From: Amoebidium appalachense | Taxonomy: Eukaryota > Protista > Ichthyosporea | Length of the DNA: 64,000 nt | Direction: 5' to 3' | Assembly (NCBI GenBank): GCA_963693365.1 | Contig: CAVNZM010000012.1 | Coordinates: 5,654,889-5,718,888, forward strand | In this document: positions 37,803 through 53,168 of the stretch, piece by piece | Layout: each line of letters begins with the position of its first letter | Position numbering within the stretch: position 1 is the stretch's first letter | The notes under the pieces: model-generated | The model's database searches: none | Seen by the model: only the letters and a program-made list of their open reading frames with translations | Told to the model about the DNA's origin: nothing | Program-made: the position numbers and the translations under genes

Positions 37803-38295
37803 ACATTAACAGGTGCAACCTTAAAATTCCCACAAAACTACAATATCAAAATACAACTCAAAATACGCGGGACGGACCATCGGCAGGGTTGCTGGCCGAA
37901 GGAAGCCAGAGCCAATGGAGACGGATATCAAGGGCCAAAGAATAAGCAGCCACTTGGCGGCAGACACGATTCAGGCGGTCGCCTTTACCAGGCCCCAGGA
38001 CGGGGATACTTGAGGTGGTGCCTGCTGTACCTATGATCTCAGGCACATGTGCTCCATTCTTGCCGTGCTGGCATGGGCGGGAAGAGACCATGCCGGGGAG
38101 AAAACGGGCGCCGCAACATAGCACATGGGCGCAGGGAGCAAGAACCTTGGAAAACAAAAAAAAAGGAAATAAACATACCCAAAATTCGAAGCTATTAAAC
38201 GCGCACACCATTGTGTGTGCGTGTGTATGTATGTGTGTGTGCGTGTGTGTGTGTAGGTGTGTTTGTGTATGGTGTGCGGCTGTGTGGGTGTGTAG

Positions 38296-38333
<38 letters not shown>

Positions 38334-38390
38334 GTGTGTTTGTGCATGGTGTGTGTGTGTGTGTGTGTAGGTGTAGGTGTAGGTGTGTGT

Positions 38391-38445
<55 letters not shown>

Positions 38446-38554
38446 TGTGGGTGGGTGGGTGTGTGGGTGTGCGTGTGCGTGTGCGGTGTGCATGCACATT
38501 GGCGGTTGCAAAACTAAAATGCCCCACGAAACCGTTACTATACCAAAATACAAA

Positions 38555-40597
38555 TCAAAATACGCGGGATGACCATCGGCAGGGTTGCTGGCCGAAGGAA
38601 GCCAGAGCCAATAGAGACGAATATCAAGGGCCAACGAATAAGCAGCCACTTGGCGGCAGACAAGATTCAGGCGGTGGACGGTTGAGCGGCCCTTGGCTAT
38701 AGCACCCAGGAGTGCAGTTGAGTCCAGACCCCACACGTAGCGGCGCCTGCGGGCTGATCAGGAACGGCCCAAGGGGTGCAAGCCAAGCAGCAGACTCTCT
38801 CCTTCCAGAATGTTAATGTGGTCGTCGTAGCGCCAACGGTGGCTGATGCTGGTGCTCCAACGGCCCGGTTTTAGGGGCAGCCAAAACAGAGGCAGGGGGG
38901 GCAGGGACACAGGACTGGGTGTCTTGGGTGGAAGCCAGGGTGGTGTAGTGGCCACGACAGTTTCAGAAGGGCAGAACCTGAGTCCTGGAGAAGACCAGAG
39001 GGCAACACACGGGAAACAACGGCACCACCCACCTTGGAGGCGTCCAAGCAGAAAATGGTGGGTGCAAAGGCTGAGTGCAGGTCGCAGCGCAGGAGAGGGA
39101 CGAGGGCACATAGAGTTTCGAGCTCCCAAGCGACCGCGGGCGGAAAGGGGAGTGCCCTGGGACCAAGACGGGCGGGCACTCAGCTGGCAGGCAGCATCAA
39201 GAACGGAGAGGGCGGACCGCTGCAACAACAAAACCCACACCCACCCGCCAAGTAGCCGCTGCAGTTGAAGCTTGCTGATGGTGCCACGACGGAGCACAGC
39301 ACGAGTCTCCACCAGGTGGCGGGCTAGAGAAGCTGGGGCCGGCCGCACCAACCCAGAGCGGAGCATCTCCAAACACAACAGGCCCATGGCCCTGGAGGAA
39401 CCGGCAACAACATCTTTGGTGGGGTTGGCAGCCAAACCTGCCAGACCGGTGACGCGATGATAATCTCGCTGCTGCTCCCGGAGGGCACGGAGGTTAGTGC
39501 CCAAGCCACCCACAATCATCCACATACAACACATGCAGAGAGGAACCAATTTCTCGGGGAACAATAGCGCAAATGCACTCAAAGCGGGGCATTCCACCGG
39601 CGTCCGCTAGGTGATTGTGGACATCTTGCCCGACGAGAACAGAGTGCACCCAGCCCATGGGGACGGTTTCATGGGCAGAGTGCACAAGCCGGGGAGGGCC
39701 AGGCAATCCGACGGCTGTGGATAGTACCGGAGGGAGGCCAAAATATTTCCAAAGCCATGGCGATGCGCGCAGATGGTGGAACTGGTTGTCCATGTCGGAC
39801 TTGCCAAAGAAAATACACTCGTCGGGGCCCAGCAGGAAATCAGCGAAATCGGCAGGGTTGGGGAGATGCACCTGAAGCGCGGGATGGTCGTGTGCAAAGA
39901 ACAAGTTGCCGTGGCAGTCGTTGAAAATGACACGAGCACACGTGTCTTTGGGAACACCAAAAATCCCGTTGATGGCCACAGGCTTGTCCGTTGCCTCGAA
40001 GTAGTGCACCATGCCACACTCCTGCAGGCGCTGAAGCAAAGGCCCATATCCCCATTGGGAACAGAATGTGCCGGACGAATGCGGTGGAGCTCCGCAGCCG
40101 AGGGTGGGGAAGGCTTGAGAAGACCACCAGCGTGCAAAGACAAAAACTGGTGCAGCACAGGAGACACGTACTGCAACACGTCGACCGTGGCCCCTACCCC
40201 AGGGGGGTGGAATGGCGGCATTGGCAGCTGTAACCTGAGCAAACAACCTGTAAGGACAGGGTACGTTGAGGGGAGCGCGGCCCAGAAGCTGCTTTCCGCT
40301 GGCTGAGCATCTAGACACCTGCGCGTATAGCGTCGTGGCTTGCCCTCAGGACAAAGGTCCAGAAGGCTTCAAGTGGTTACTGTTCACCGACCGAGACGGA
40401 AAATGGGAAGGGCCACCTGCCCACAACTCGTTGAGGGAGTAAATACAGCGGTTAGTCAGCGTGACAGCAGACACACGGCGAGACAACGCTGCCTACGGCG
40501 CTGGCTGAAGGGAACCGGCTGCAGGGTCACGACGAGTAGGGACAGGAATGGTTGGGATGGGGAAGAGATCAGAGGTGGCAAAGGGCAGACATGGCAT
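38555..40597 (-). pseudogene. Family 2 RT/RNase H, frameshifted
   Basis: KSDMDNQF, VPMGW, YVDD, CLDAS, HINILEGE and LDST across ORFs 39494-40318, 38758-39597 and 37858-38736. Confidence 0.9.
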
Positions 40598-41438
40598 AGA
40601 ACGAGCTTCCATTGAAATTACCGGGGCCATAATTAACAACAACGAAAGATACGGGCGGAAGCACCGCAAACAGAAAGAAAAAACCGTGCGTAGGCCCTAA
40701 CCAGGCTATTTAAGCTGGAAGACCCGTGGCCCGCGGGGGGCCAGGGCCAAAACAAGATGAGCGCGATGATGAGCGGGTAGGGGAGCAACCCGCGGTAGGA
40801 GGACAAAACAGCTCCACCAAACCAAGACACCGCGGCGGCCAGAGAAGGAATGACATGGTGACGGCAGGGCTACGGCGGAGGCGGGGCTGGCGCAACACAA
40901 AAAGGGCACCAAAGACTGGAAAACCTAGCGGTGGGAAGGCACAACTGTAGGCCGAAAGGGCACAAATGGGAACACGGCCACTTAGCGAAGGTGGCTGGCT
41001 ATACAGGCGCAGCCACTGTATTGCAAAAACTTGACTGCAGGCAGTAACGACTGCAGGCAGTAACCTAAAAAGGCCTACTTACATACGCCCAACAGGCAGC
41101 CTAAGGAGGCCTACCTACACTGTGCTAAAGAGCACAGCGACTGAGACACACAGTAGCTGAAAGGCTCTAAACCAAAGCATCGGCATGCAAAAATTATTGC
41201 GGGCGGGATCGCTTCATGACTATAATCCAATCAAAAGGTCTACATATGCAGGAACACATTTGTCTACATACTTTCACCAGTAAAAACCTAAACTGCAAAT
41301 CGTATAGACCAGCATATGATGTACATCGCCGAATTTTCACGACCACTATCACCTGCATATCTCGCACACGGAGTCCTGTTACTCTGTCTCCGGTGCTGTC
41401 CAATGCTCCTGCAAAGAAAAAACGTTTACAAACTAATT

Positions 41439-41938
41439 AATGATTCGGTTCGGGGGGGGGGGGGGGGGGGGGGAGCCTGAGGGGGGGGGGAGGTCCATGT
41501 TGGGCCCCCATCGGTTGACTACTTCGAGGTTATCGAGCTTGATGTGGAGAGGAGTGGCGGTGGGGGTTAAGTATAACTGGGCTAGTAGCACCCCTGTGAG
41601 TTCGGCCTGGGTGGATGACAGGGCCGTATGGAGCGTGGCCTTGGCCGTCACCGGTGGTGCTTTCCAGTCCGTGATGTCCAGCACAGCCCCGGCTCCAGCC
41701 TGGGCTGTCCTCTTGCCTGGGTGGGTGAGACTGCCGTCCGTGTAGACGGTGATTGGTTGGTCTGGGGGAAGCAAGTTGATTTGCTGCTGCCACTCAGTCG
41801 TAGGTGGCCTGGGGCACTGACCAAGTCAGTGTATGTGAGCCTACGGAGGGTGGGTAGGCCCGGCAGGTCAGCCAGGTGGGCCGTGCACTTGTGTCCTGGT
41901 GGTGGCCCCACGGGTGATGGCTCCTCGGGTGGTCATGG
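41439..41938 (-). pseudogene. LINE RNase H domain (N-terminal part)
   Basis: VYTDGS...AGAGAV...SSTQAELTGV...IKLDN (ORF 41433-41774). Confidence 0.8.
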
Positions 41939-43315
41939 TGACATATACTAATCCGTCTCAGCAGATCAGCCTAAGTCTACGATCGAGATCGGGGGGGGGG
42001 GGGGTGGCCCGGGTCCACAGATCATCAAGATCAAGTCCGGGGCCTCAAGATAGCTGTACAGCTGCGTGCATCTTGCCTCTGCCGGCGCAGGGCAGGACCG
42101 TCAGCCGGGGCAGCCAACCAATAGAATTCTAATTAGTGTGTAGGATAGATCATAGAGGACTTTGGAATGTGATAAGTTCGGGCAGAAGCCCTTTGTAAAT
42201 ATTGGCAAGTTTTGATAGTGTATGCTGCCAAACGTATTTATATATTTCGATATAGAGGAAAGGGGGGAGGGAGGGGGGGGGGGATAGTATGAAATGTAGA
42301 ATTAGACTCTGCGGTGCCACTAGGGGAAGGGAGAGGGGTGAGACTTGGATAAATATATTAGTGTGAGCCGATCGACTTAGCTCGTGCAGGCGCACGATAA
42401 AGTTAGATCGGAATGTACGGAATGTGGCATCGTAGGGGGCCAGGTGATGATGATCTTGTAGGGCACGGCCTTGATGGCCGCAGTTGTGACTTAGCTTGAT
42501 CCCGTTCGGATCTAAGTTTGCCCGTCGGAGCCTGGTCATAATAAACTTTACCGTTTTTCAGTACACGTTCGTTCCTTTCCGTGTGTGTACACTTAGTAGA
42601 TGACATATACTAATCCGTCTCAGCAGATTAGCCTAAGTCTACGATCGAGATCGGGGGGGGGGGGGGGGGGGGGGGGGGGGCGGGTCCACAGATCATCAAG
42701 ATCAAGTCCGGGGCCTCAAGATAGCTGTACAGCTGCGTGCATCTTGCCTCTGCCGGTGCAGGGCATTGGACCACGTCAGCCGGGCAGCCGACCAATAGAA
42801 TTCTAATTAGTGTGTAGGATAGATCGTAGGAGGACTTAGGAATGTGATTGTTCGGGCAGAAGCCCTTTTGTAAGTATTGGCAAGGTTTGATAGTGTATGT
42901 TGCCAAACGTATTTATATAATTAGATGTAGAGGAAAGGGGGGGAGGGAGGGGGGGGGAGGATAGTATGAAATGTAGATTTAGACTCTGCGGTGCCACTAG
43001 GGGGAGGGTGAGGGGTGAGACACGGATAAATATATTAGTTGAGTAGATCGACTTAGCTCGTGCAGGCGCACGATAAAAGTAGATCGGAATGTTTGGAATG
43101 TGGCATCGTAGGGGGCCAGGTGATGATGATCTTTGAGGGCACGGCCTTGATGGCCTCAGTTGTAACTTAGTCTCATTCCGTACGGATCTAAGTTTGCCCG
43201 TCGGAGCCTGGTCTGAATAAACTTTACCGTTTTTCCGTACACGTTCGTTCCTTTTCGTGTGTGTACACTTAGTAGAGTGCCGCGTCTCTTAATACATACA
43301 CGTTAGGATACGACA
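41939..43315 (+). repeat. Two adjacent diverged LTR copies (41939-42600 truncated; 42601-43315 complete)
   Basis: Both start TGACATATACTAATCC; the second ends TAGGATACGACA. Confidence 0.85.
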
Positions 43316-44197
43316 AGCTACACCTTTTCTTTTAGTGCGGTTTTTCGCGCTAGGTAAATGCGGTGACAGTTCCTTCTGGGCTGTTGCTACACCTCAGAAA
43401 CACAACGGGAAAAAAAAAAAAAAAAAACACAAAAACAACCACACGAGTAGGGCACACACAACACCATGGCCAAGTTTATTAACGTAGATATGTTCTACGC
43501 GTTGGCAGCGGAGGATAGCTCTATACACACACAGATACCACAGGTTCACACACTAGACGTCAGAAACACAACAGCTTTTAGTTTACACTCAAACACCAGC
43601 GGTCGTGGGCGTGGTGGACGTAGCGGACAACAGCAGCAGTTCGACGAGGGGCATCGTCGTGGGTCCTCAAGACAGCGTCGAGGTGGTATGGCATGAATGT
43701 TTGTGAGGTGATTCTACCAAAGGTATGAATGGTGTGAATGTTTTGTGGTTGGGGGAGGTTCCCCAGCCACAAGTGGATGGTCTCAGTGTTTCTTGTCCCA
43801 ACCCGGTGTTTGTTCTAACCACACCGGAGGGGGTTTCTGTGCCAATGTTCCCGGGAGGGGGGGGGACACACACGAGTAAAGGGGGAAGGGGGGGAAGGCA
43901 CAGACACGTAGAAACACACCACCACAACAACATACGACGGTTACAGACACACCTACACCCACACACACACCCACACATACACCAAACACACACACACCAC
44001 CCACCCACACACCACACACACACACTCCACCACCACCCACGTCACATACACACCCCACCCCACCCGTGCAGGCACCACAGGTAGGTATGTTGCACGTAGG
44101 TATCGAGGGTGTGAGTCTTCGTGGGCAGGGTCTGGGTGTGAGTGATGATGTGTTGCTCGAATTGGAGGAGGATTTAGTTGGTTTTAGCCGGCATTAT

Positions 44198-46340
44198 ATG
44201 GACGTATGGTTAGCTGATGGTAAGTTGAAGGCTGTTGCTTTGCTCGATGGAGGGGCTCAGGTTAATTGTGTGCCTGCTTCGTTTATTCGTCGTTTTAATC
44301 AGGCCGGGGGGGGGGGAGATTCCTATTTTAGATGCTTCTAGCACGGCCTTAGGTAGTGCTAATAATAGTAGTATGTCTGTTGAAGGTGTTTGTGTGTTGC
44401 CGTGTGAGATAGGTGGCCAGGCTATGCATATTGCTTGTTATGTGGTTAAGGATTTAGCTCAAAGTGTTTTGTTGGGAGCCCCATTTTTCCGTAGACATGT
44501 GCATGCTTTGTTTGAACGTACGAATGTTTTAGAATTGCAGTCCGGCGTTAAAATTAAAACCCATGATGGGCTCGACGGTTATCAGTCAGGTGCTAGAACG
44601 GTAGCTGAAGTAGTAATCGAGCCTTATCAGTGCCAAACGGTACGTGTCCGGGCCGGCAATCACGTTAGGATAGGGGATTTAGGGGTTTTTACTCCGAAAA
44701 CCCCATTTCAGGAGGTGGCTCAATGGACCCTTAGTAGGGTATGGCCGGACTCGGATAAGACGATAGAAATAGAATTAGTGAATCCGGGCATCGAGCCTAT
44801 AGTGATTAGGTCAGGTGTTTCCGTCGGTAGTTTCACTAATGAGATTGGTAGTATAGAGGTCTCTCTTATTACCCAAAAGGAGGATGCCGGCTCAAAGGGT
44901 GACTCAGGAGGAGGGGGAACAACTTTATTTAACATTAGCCACCAAAATGTCACCCGACACGATGGGGGGGGGACCGGGACAGCACCGGTCCCACTCCCCC
45001 GACCCCCAAGAGGAAGGAGGGTCACCCCGGGTGTGAGAATGTGCAGGCAGGGGGGAGGTTGTTGGTCTAACCCGTGGATCTGACGGGTTAACCAACACCG
45101 TGGGGGGCAGGGTGGCCACAGACCTGGCCCCCCACATACATGCACTAACTCATCAGGAATTGCCCGGGGGCATTGGTATGCCGGGGGGAGGGGGGGGTGC
45201 TAATGGTGACCGCCTATATCCGGAGGTACCTCAAACTCACCCCGTGCAGCACGGATGTAATACAGGAGGTGAAATGTTAAGTGGCACTCCGGTGAATAAG
45301 GATGCATCCACTTGTGATGGGGGTAACCCGGACTTAGTATTGCCGTTTGGTATGAAGGAGGGGGATTGGACGGTGGAGCAGAAAAATTTATTAGCTAAGT
45401 TATTTGATAGGACTTGGTTTGCATTTCTGGCCGATGATAACGAAGTAGGCTTCGTTAAAGGGTTTGAAATGCAGATCGACACAGGTGATAATAAATAGGC
45501 CGGTAGTTATGCCTAGCTATAGAATGGAGCAGTATAAATTGTCGGATGCGCTAATTATAGTGAATGATATGTTAAAAAAGGGTCATGTGGAGCATAGTTC
45601 GAGTCCGTGGAGAAGTCCGGTGCTATTGGTTAAGAAGCCCGACGGGTCTTGGCGTCTAGTGAACGATTACAGGGCTCTGAATCGGGTCACTAAGGCAGAC
45701 CAATGGCCTCTCCCTAACATAGACGAGCAGCTTTCACAGCTGCACGGCTATACTCACTTTGCTAAACTTGATTTAAAAGCAGCTTTTTGGCAGATAAGGT
45801 TGGAGGAGAGCAGCAAGGAGAAGACTGCCTTTGCACTGGGTGACCAGCTGTTCCAGTACAAGGTGGTGCCGATGGGTTTGCTCTCCTCTCCAGCTATGTT
45901 GTGCCGGGTAATGTATAAAATTCTCCACCCTCATTTGGATGTATGCCACCCTTATTTGGATGATGTTTTAATTAAAGGTAGGTCGTTTGAAGAGTTAGTT
46001 AATAATTGTGAAAAAGTATTTTTAGCTTTGGGCGAGTCTGGTCTTCGTATTAGCGGTAGCAAGACTGTGATTGGTGTGCCGGAGGTTAAGTTTTTAGGTC
46101 ATATCGTGTCTAGTAATGGTCTTTCCCCCGATCCGGAGAAAATCCGGGCCATAGTTGAGTGGCCCCGTCCTCAGACTGTCACTCAACTTGAACTAAGGCA
46201 ATTTTTAGGTTTAACTAAATATCTTCGTCGTTATATTAATGATCATAGTATGCTTGCTTTGCCGTTAACTATTCAGACAGGGGGGGAGAAAAAGAATAGA
46301 ATAGATTGGAATGAAGTTGATGCTGTTTCTGCTTTCGAAA
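44198..46340 (+). pseudogene. Ty3/gypsy pol: aspartic protease and RT, frameshifted, truncated before RNase H/integrase
   Basis: ALLDGGAQVN; SPWRSPVLLVKKPDGSWRLVNDYRALN, LDLKAAFWQI, PMGL, YLDD, FLGH. Confidence 0.92.
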
Positions 46341-46358
46341 ATAGGATACGACACATGG

Positions 46359-48990
46359 TCTGGTGAGGTCCCCCGGCAGGGGTGTGGCCTCTTCGTTGGC
46401 TTGTAGGTGGAGCATTCGGGGTGATGCCTGTTGTTGTTGGGAAGATGCCGCCGAAAATGGTGTATCCTCCTCCACTGCTCGGCCGGGTCTGAGATATCCT
46501 TCAGTGAGATGACTTGGTGGATGTCAATACTGTCAGTGTCGATGAAGTCCTTGTGGTATTTCGGGACTACCGTGTGGGTGGTGATGTGGGTCTTGAAGGC
46601 CACGTAGGGGTCTGCCCGTATCACCTCCACGGCACGGGTCCACCCACACACTGCTTGTTGTGGGTGTGGTTGTCAGCTGGCTGGGCTCGGGGGACTCGTG
46701 TTGGCTGTTGGTGCTGTCGATGCTGGAGTCGTTGGAGTTGTCGCTGAACTCCGTAGGTTCCAATTCAGGCTCAGTGTCCCCCTCCCCCTCCGAGTCCCCG
46801 AGGCTGGAGGAGGGAATGTCCGGGGTGTAGGCCAGGTTCCACGGGAAATGACCATACTTGCAGTCTCCGGGGCAGAAAAGGAATTGGGCTGTACCGTTGG
46901 GATCATTCCACGTGGGTCGATGCCATCTCTGGCTCTCCTCCACTGTGTTGTCGTATGAGCTATTTTGACCCATGCCTCCCCATTGTGGGTGGTGTTGGCC
47001 ACCACCTGGCTGAGCTCGTATTGTCCGTTCTTGACTATTTCCACCACGAATGCACCTACGGGGTGGCTGGCTACGAGGTAAATGGTGTGGTGGGTGTGTT
47101 GTCTGGTCCTGGCCGTAGTTGGGCTGCAATGGGGATGGCCCCCCTGATGATGGACTGGTACCACTATGGGGCCTCCGGGTGTAGTAGATCTGGGGGGTGG
47201 GGTATTTCGGGGAAAGCCCGGAACACCCCTGGCCATACCAAGGTGTCCTCCACCGTGTAGAGACGGGGGCGGGTGTGGGGGGCAATATGGGCTGCAAAGG
47301 TGTGGTAAGACGGTGTTGATGGGGGTGCTTGTTGTTGCTGCTGCTCTCCCTCCTTCTCCTTGGGGGAGAGGGGGGGGGGAGGGAGGAGGGGTCTTGTGGT
47401 CGATGGGGGGTCTCCCCAATACCCGCTCATGGAGAATCCCCGTGATATGGGCCCAATAATTGTGGAGCTGCTTTCCCCCTCGCAAGGGAGGGTAGGGAGC
47501 CGGTCACGTGTTGCTGCTTCCAGGCTCGGCATCGGACCACGTCCCCTGCTGGACCTGGTGTTTCCAGCAGGGCACACAGTTCCGCTGGCGTAACCATGGT
47601 GCTGGCCGCTGATCCGACGATGCTGGTCAGTCTCCCTAGAGTGGGGTGGTGTAGCAGCCTGGACGGGGTGCTCCGGTGGAAACCACACTTCCAACGGAGA
47701 AGGTCTCTCCACTTGCTGAAACAGGCAGCTGCCAGTGACAGGCCACGGTCTGGATGGTCTGTGCAAGAGTGTGCTACTTTCAAACCACAGTGACTCCGAG
47801 AGTCTGCCTGGCACTGACCTTGACTGTGGACCCCCCTCCCCCCCCCCCCCCCCCCCCCCCCCCCCGCCACCACCAAGCTCCTCCCCCCGGGCCCTCCCCC
47901 CCCCCCAAAAAAGCCAGCGCCACCACCTACCACACCACAGCCCGCCTTACCTGCGCACCCGGGGCCACAACGGGCTGTAAAATGGGTAATTCCAAAAATC
48001 AACTGCCCACACGGCCGCTAACGTGGCTACCAGAATTTGCAAACTTAGCTCAAATTCCCAGCACCATCTGGCTCTGTATTCCCAACACCATCTACGCGAA
48101 CAGCAGTCAGGCCACACCGTGGCAGTACCAGGTGCACGGCAAGCGTAGCCATGGTTGGACCATCACGGCAACCACCCAACCAAACACAGCCGAGCCATCC
48201 TTAGTGCAAAGGTGACGGCGGCATGGAATCACAATGATTGGGACTTGTCCTCCCCCCCCCCTGGCCGGCATTAGACTGAATAGTTAGGCAGCAATAGGGA
48301 GTGGCCTGTCTTAGGCTCCCCCTACGCCAGCAAATTCCAAGTCCCCAACTCGAACAATTAGAGCCACATTGCCCACCTCTACCAAACACGGCAGGGCACC
48401 TCCACCCCATTTGGGTCAGGTCTACCAAACCGGCTCGAGCCAAGAGTCCCAGCCACTCCCAGGAACAACTACCTCAACCCCCTGCCCAGGGCCCCAGAGC
48501 ACTACCACCGCCCAACACTACCCACCAACCAGCACTACTTTGCCCCTGGCAGCATGATTGTGTCACCACCTGGGAGCCCTCGAACCCTATCTCTGGCCAC
48601 CAACCAAATGCCACGGCATGTAGGCTCAAGATGGCCACTGGCACACTCCCCACCGTGCACCGAGGCACCGCAGCCATCTAATGACGTGCCGTGTCCTGCA
48701 TACCCCCATTGCCAGGCAACCGGCGCAACCAAACTCCAGCTGCCCCTACACTCTGTGGCCCCCACCCAGCAGGCCCCATTAGAGGACACCATCCACTAGA
48801 CGGTGGCCCAGCACATGTCGAACACGGGCCGGACTCGGTGGCTGGACACACAGGCCACTCCCCAGCACACCATGGTCTGCTTCCAGTGGCCCTGTGCCAT
48901 CACCCAATCAGCCGGGCTGCAGGCAGCTACCCCCCCACCCAGGCCTGGGTCAGCACTGCAGGGGTTTGTGCTCTCGGCCACCCGGTCCCA
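46359..48990 (-). pseudogene. Decayed upstream part of the same LINE ORF2
   Basis: Continuous with 41439-41938 across the CATGG duplication; degenerate YVDD-like motif near 48785-48800 and GG.G motif near 48255; heavily frameshifted. Confidence 0.45.
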
Positions 48991-48991
48991 A

Positions 48992-50137
<1,146 letters not shown>

Positions 50138-50858
50138 AAACTAGCCCCCCAAGGCCCGAGACAAAATGCTGGCCACCATCTCTGCATGATAGTATCGGAA
50201 TTTTTCTTTGAATATATCCGGAAATCTGGATGTAGGGTACATTATCCAGACACCCAAACCAACCCAAGAAACAAACCACCCAAACCAAAACACAGCCAAT
50301 CATAAAAGAAACCAGGCACATGACACCCAGGCACAAACACCCCCATCACGACAAAGTCTTTGATTTGAGCTTTTTAATAGGGTCTTATTCAGCACCGCTG
50401 TCTGGGCACCAGCCGAAAGAGACCCATATGCCTACTGTCTAGCCTGCCCACATCAAGCAGACATAGCCGACCGACTGGACAGGCTGGATAAATTACACGA
50501 GGCTTGTGGCACGTCGTATGTTGTCAACGCTTGTAATCTAGGAGGGTCGGGTTTCACACGGCAAAGCCAAGCCTGCATGCCCGAAATGCGGGCACATCAT
50601 GACACCACCAGTGCAGCCCACACCACATACACAGACGGACAGCAGCCACCACCACACTGTACAATATGGAACTAAATGTGCAACTTCCAATTCAAACCCC
50701 ACGGCACCACCACACCATGCTGGAGCCCCCTGGCAGGGCACAGCCAAGTACCAGTCCTTATCCCCAGCCGTAGCACCGTAGTAGATCTGCGTAGTTGATG
50801 CCTCAGAACTTCATATGATGGTGTTCATAAGCCCGGTCACCCCATACTTCTCACACAT

Positions 50859-50859
<1 letters not shown>

Positions 50860-50944
<85 letters not shown>

Positions 50945-50973
50945 GCACACGTATACGCATACGACGCACACGC

Positions 50974-51021
<48 letters not shown>
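50860..51021. repeat. (CA)n microsatellite
   Basis: Visible dinucleotide array. Confidence 0.95.
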
Positions 51022-51025
<4 letters not shown>

Positions 51026-52523
51026 AGCACAAAGAAGCAGGTTGCCCCAATCAAAACTTGAAGCCTGGATGGAAACGAAGGTAAGAGGTGGTTGGGAGGC
51101 GGGAAAGGAGGGAGAAGTGCCTCGGGGGAAAACGCACCACGGGGGGAGGGGGGCGAGAGTGGAGGAGGGAACCCAACATCCCAGCGGACAGGTTGCCCTC
51201 CCCCCTCCCCCCCCCCCCCCCCCCCCCCCTCTCCCCCCCCCCCCCCCCCCCCCCCCCCCCCGAGCACTACACGCACACACCCATCGCCCGCGGTTAGCTT
51301 GGGGAATCCTCTCCACCGCCCAAATAATACCTCAGGACCCAGCTTGAATACCGGCAGCCATATCCCCCGAAGGCGGACGTCCCCGTGAAGCCACCAAGTG
51401 ACCTCCCCGCACTGACAACCCAAACCTTCAACCCGTGCCCTCAGCACTGCCTTCTTTTGTGCTCATCTGGGGAGGGCCCGGCGCACCTTAGGACATAGTT
51501 GCCCTGTAATGACCATAGAAGGCAAGGTTCCGACGACTCACTTCTGCCCAGAGCTAGGTAGGGTGCATAGTGCAGAAAAGGAGGAACAAGCGTCCGTGCT
51601 CTTGGTGTCTGCAAGACCGTGAACTGATTGCAAATCTCGCTGAGTGAACCAATTGCAAACTGTCTTTTTTAAATTTCATAATTTTACCACAGTCTGCGTG
51701 CAACTTGAACTGTTAGGAGTGGCTTGAACCTCCGGATGGCTAACTCATTACAAAAGCCCCTTCACAGCCGCTCACTCATTCACTCAACGCCAAACACAGG
51801 CGTCCTGCTGTCACCACTTCTCCCCAGGACACGTAGGGCCTACTTGCCATATTGTGCACGTTGCAAGCTCACGCACGTGCTGGTACCGGCCGCTAATATT
51901 GGTACTGTGCGGACCCAAAGTCTGGTGCACGCGGGCAGCCTCAGTGGCGCTCAACCTCTTCAGTGTGGTGACTCAAACCGGGGCCGTGTCGACCAGCTGA
52001 ATGTCAGTGCAGACGCGGCGTTACGCAACACTCACCTAGGCGCCAGCAGCAAAGCGTGACCTACAGCCACTCGTAGCATCACAAGCATTTTTAGATTTTC
52101 TAGTTTTTATACGCTATCTGTGATTGATTTGTAACGCATCTTAAATTCCAAGCATGAGCCACCACTGTCTACAACCAGAGCTCGCTTTCTCGCTTTCACT
52201 CCGAAAATCGTACCCTGGGAACCCTTTTTCCACAAAGCACCGAGCACGTGATAGCGCATGTACATAGCTAATAATAGCAGTATGAAACAAAGTACATACA
52301 CGCATACATATACATATATATGCATAAATATATGCATACATGCATGTATGTATATATATGCATGTCACAGTATGATATCTGTCAACCACCACTGCCAACT
52401 ATCGCCTATCTAGTACGCTGGCCCATTGGAGGGAGTGAGCACCGTTCCCACACCGTGCGAACGGCATGCAGGGTTTTGAGCAGCTGGCGGGCCCTTCTGC
52501 GGTCAGTCTTGCAGCATCCGACC

Positions 52524-53129
52524 ATGGCCGAGGCACACGCAGCTACGAGCAGCGCGGCGGAGACGCACCTGCTGGGCGTCGATGCCGACCACTTCGAGTA
52601 CATCAACGTGCGCTCACAGGTAGGCCTCGTGCCTACGTGTCTCATTGGGTTCGGCCTGGTGCACCATGACTGCATGATACATGAACTGCTGTGCATGCAT
52701 GGCGCGGGATTTTGTAATGAATTTGGGGGACACGATTGCACGGTGTACGAAAACATGAAAAGCGAACGGTAAATTACATAATCACATGAATGGCCGTGCC
52801 TAATACCAACGTGGCTGAGAAATTCGAAGCAAACATCTGGCCAAGGTCTTAGCATCAGCCGCGCTGCAGACATGTCACACAGCCACACACGATTACGTGC
52901 AAGTGGACACACAACACACACAATCAACCCCTCCCCCCCCCCCCCAACCACCACCACCACCACCACCACCACCTCCAGCACCACCACTGCAGCTGCCACC
53001 ACCACACACACACATGCGCACATACACACATACACACACGGTGTGGCAGCCACACACACTGTACGTTCGAAACATGGGGACCGTGCCGCACACGTGCACA
53101 CACACACACACACACACGCACACGAACAC

Positions 53130-53168
<39 letters not shown>

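Larger units (their letters stand above)
41939..46353 (+). mobile_element. Nested, 3'-deleted Ty3/gypsy LTR retrotransposon
   Basis: TG...CA ends, CATGG duplication at 41934-41938 and 46354-46358, and protease and RT domains. Confidence 0.85.
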
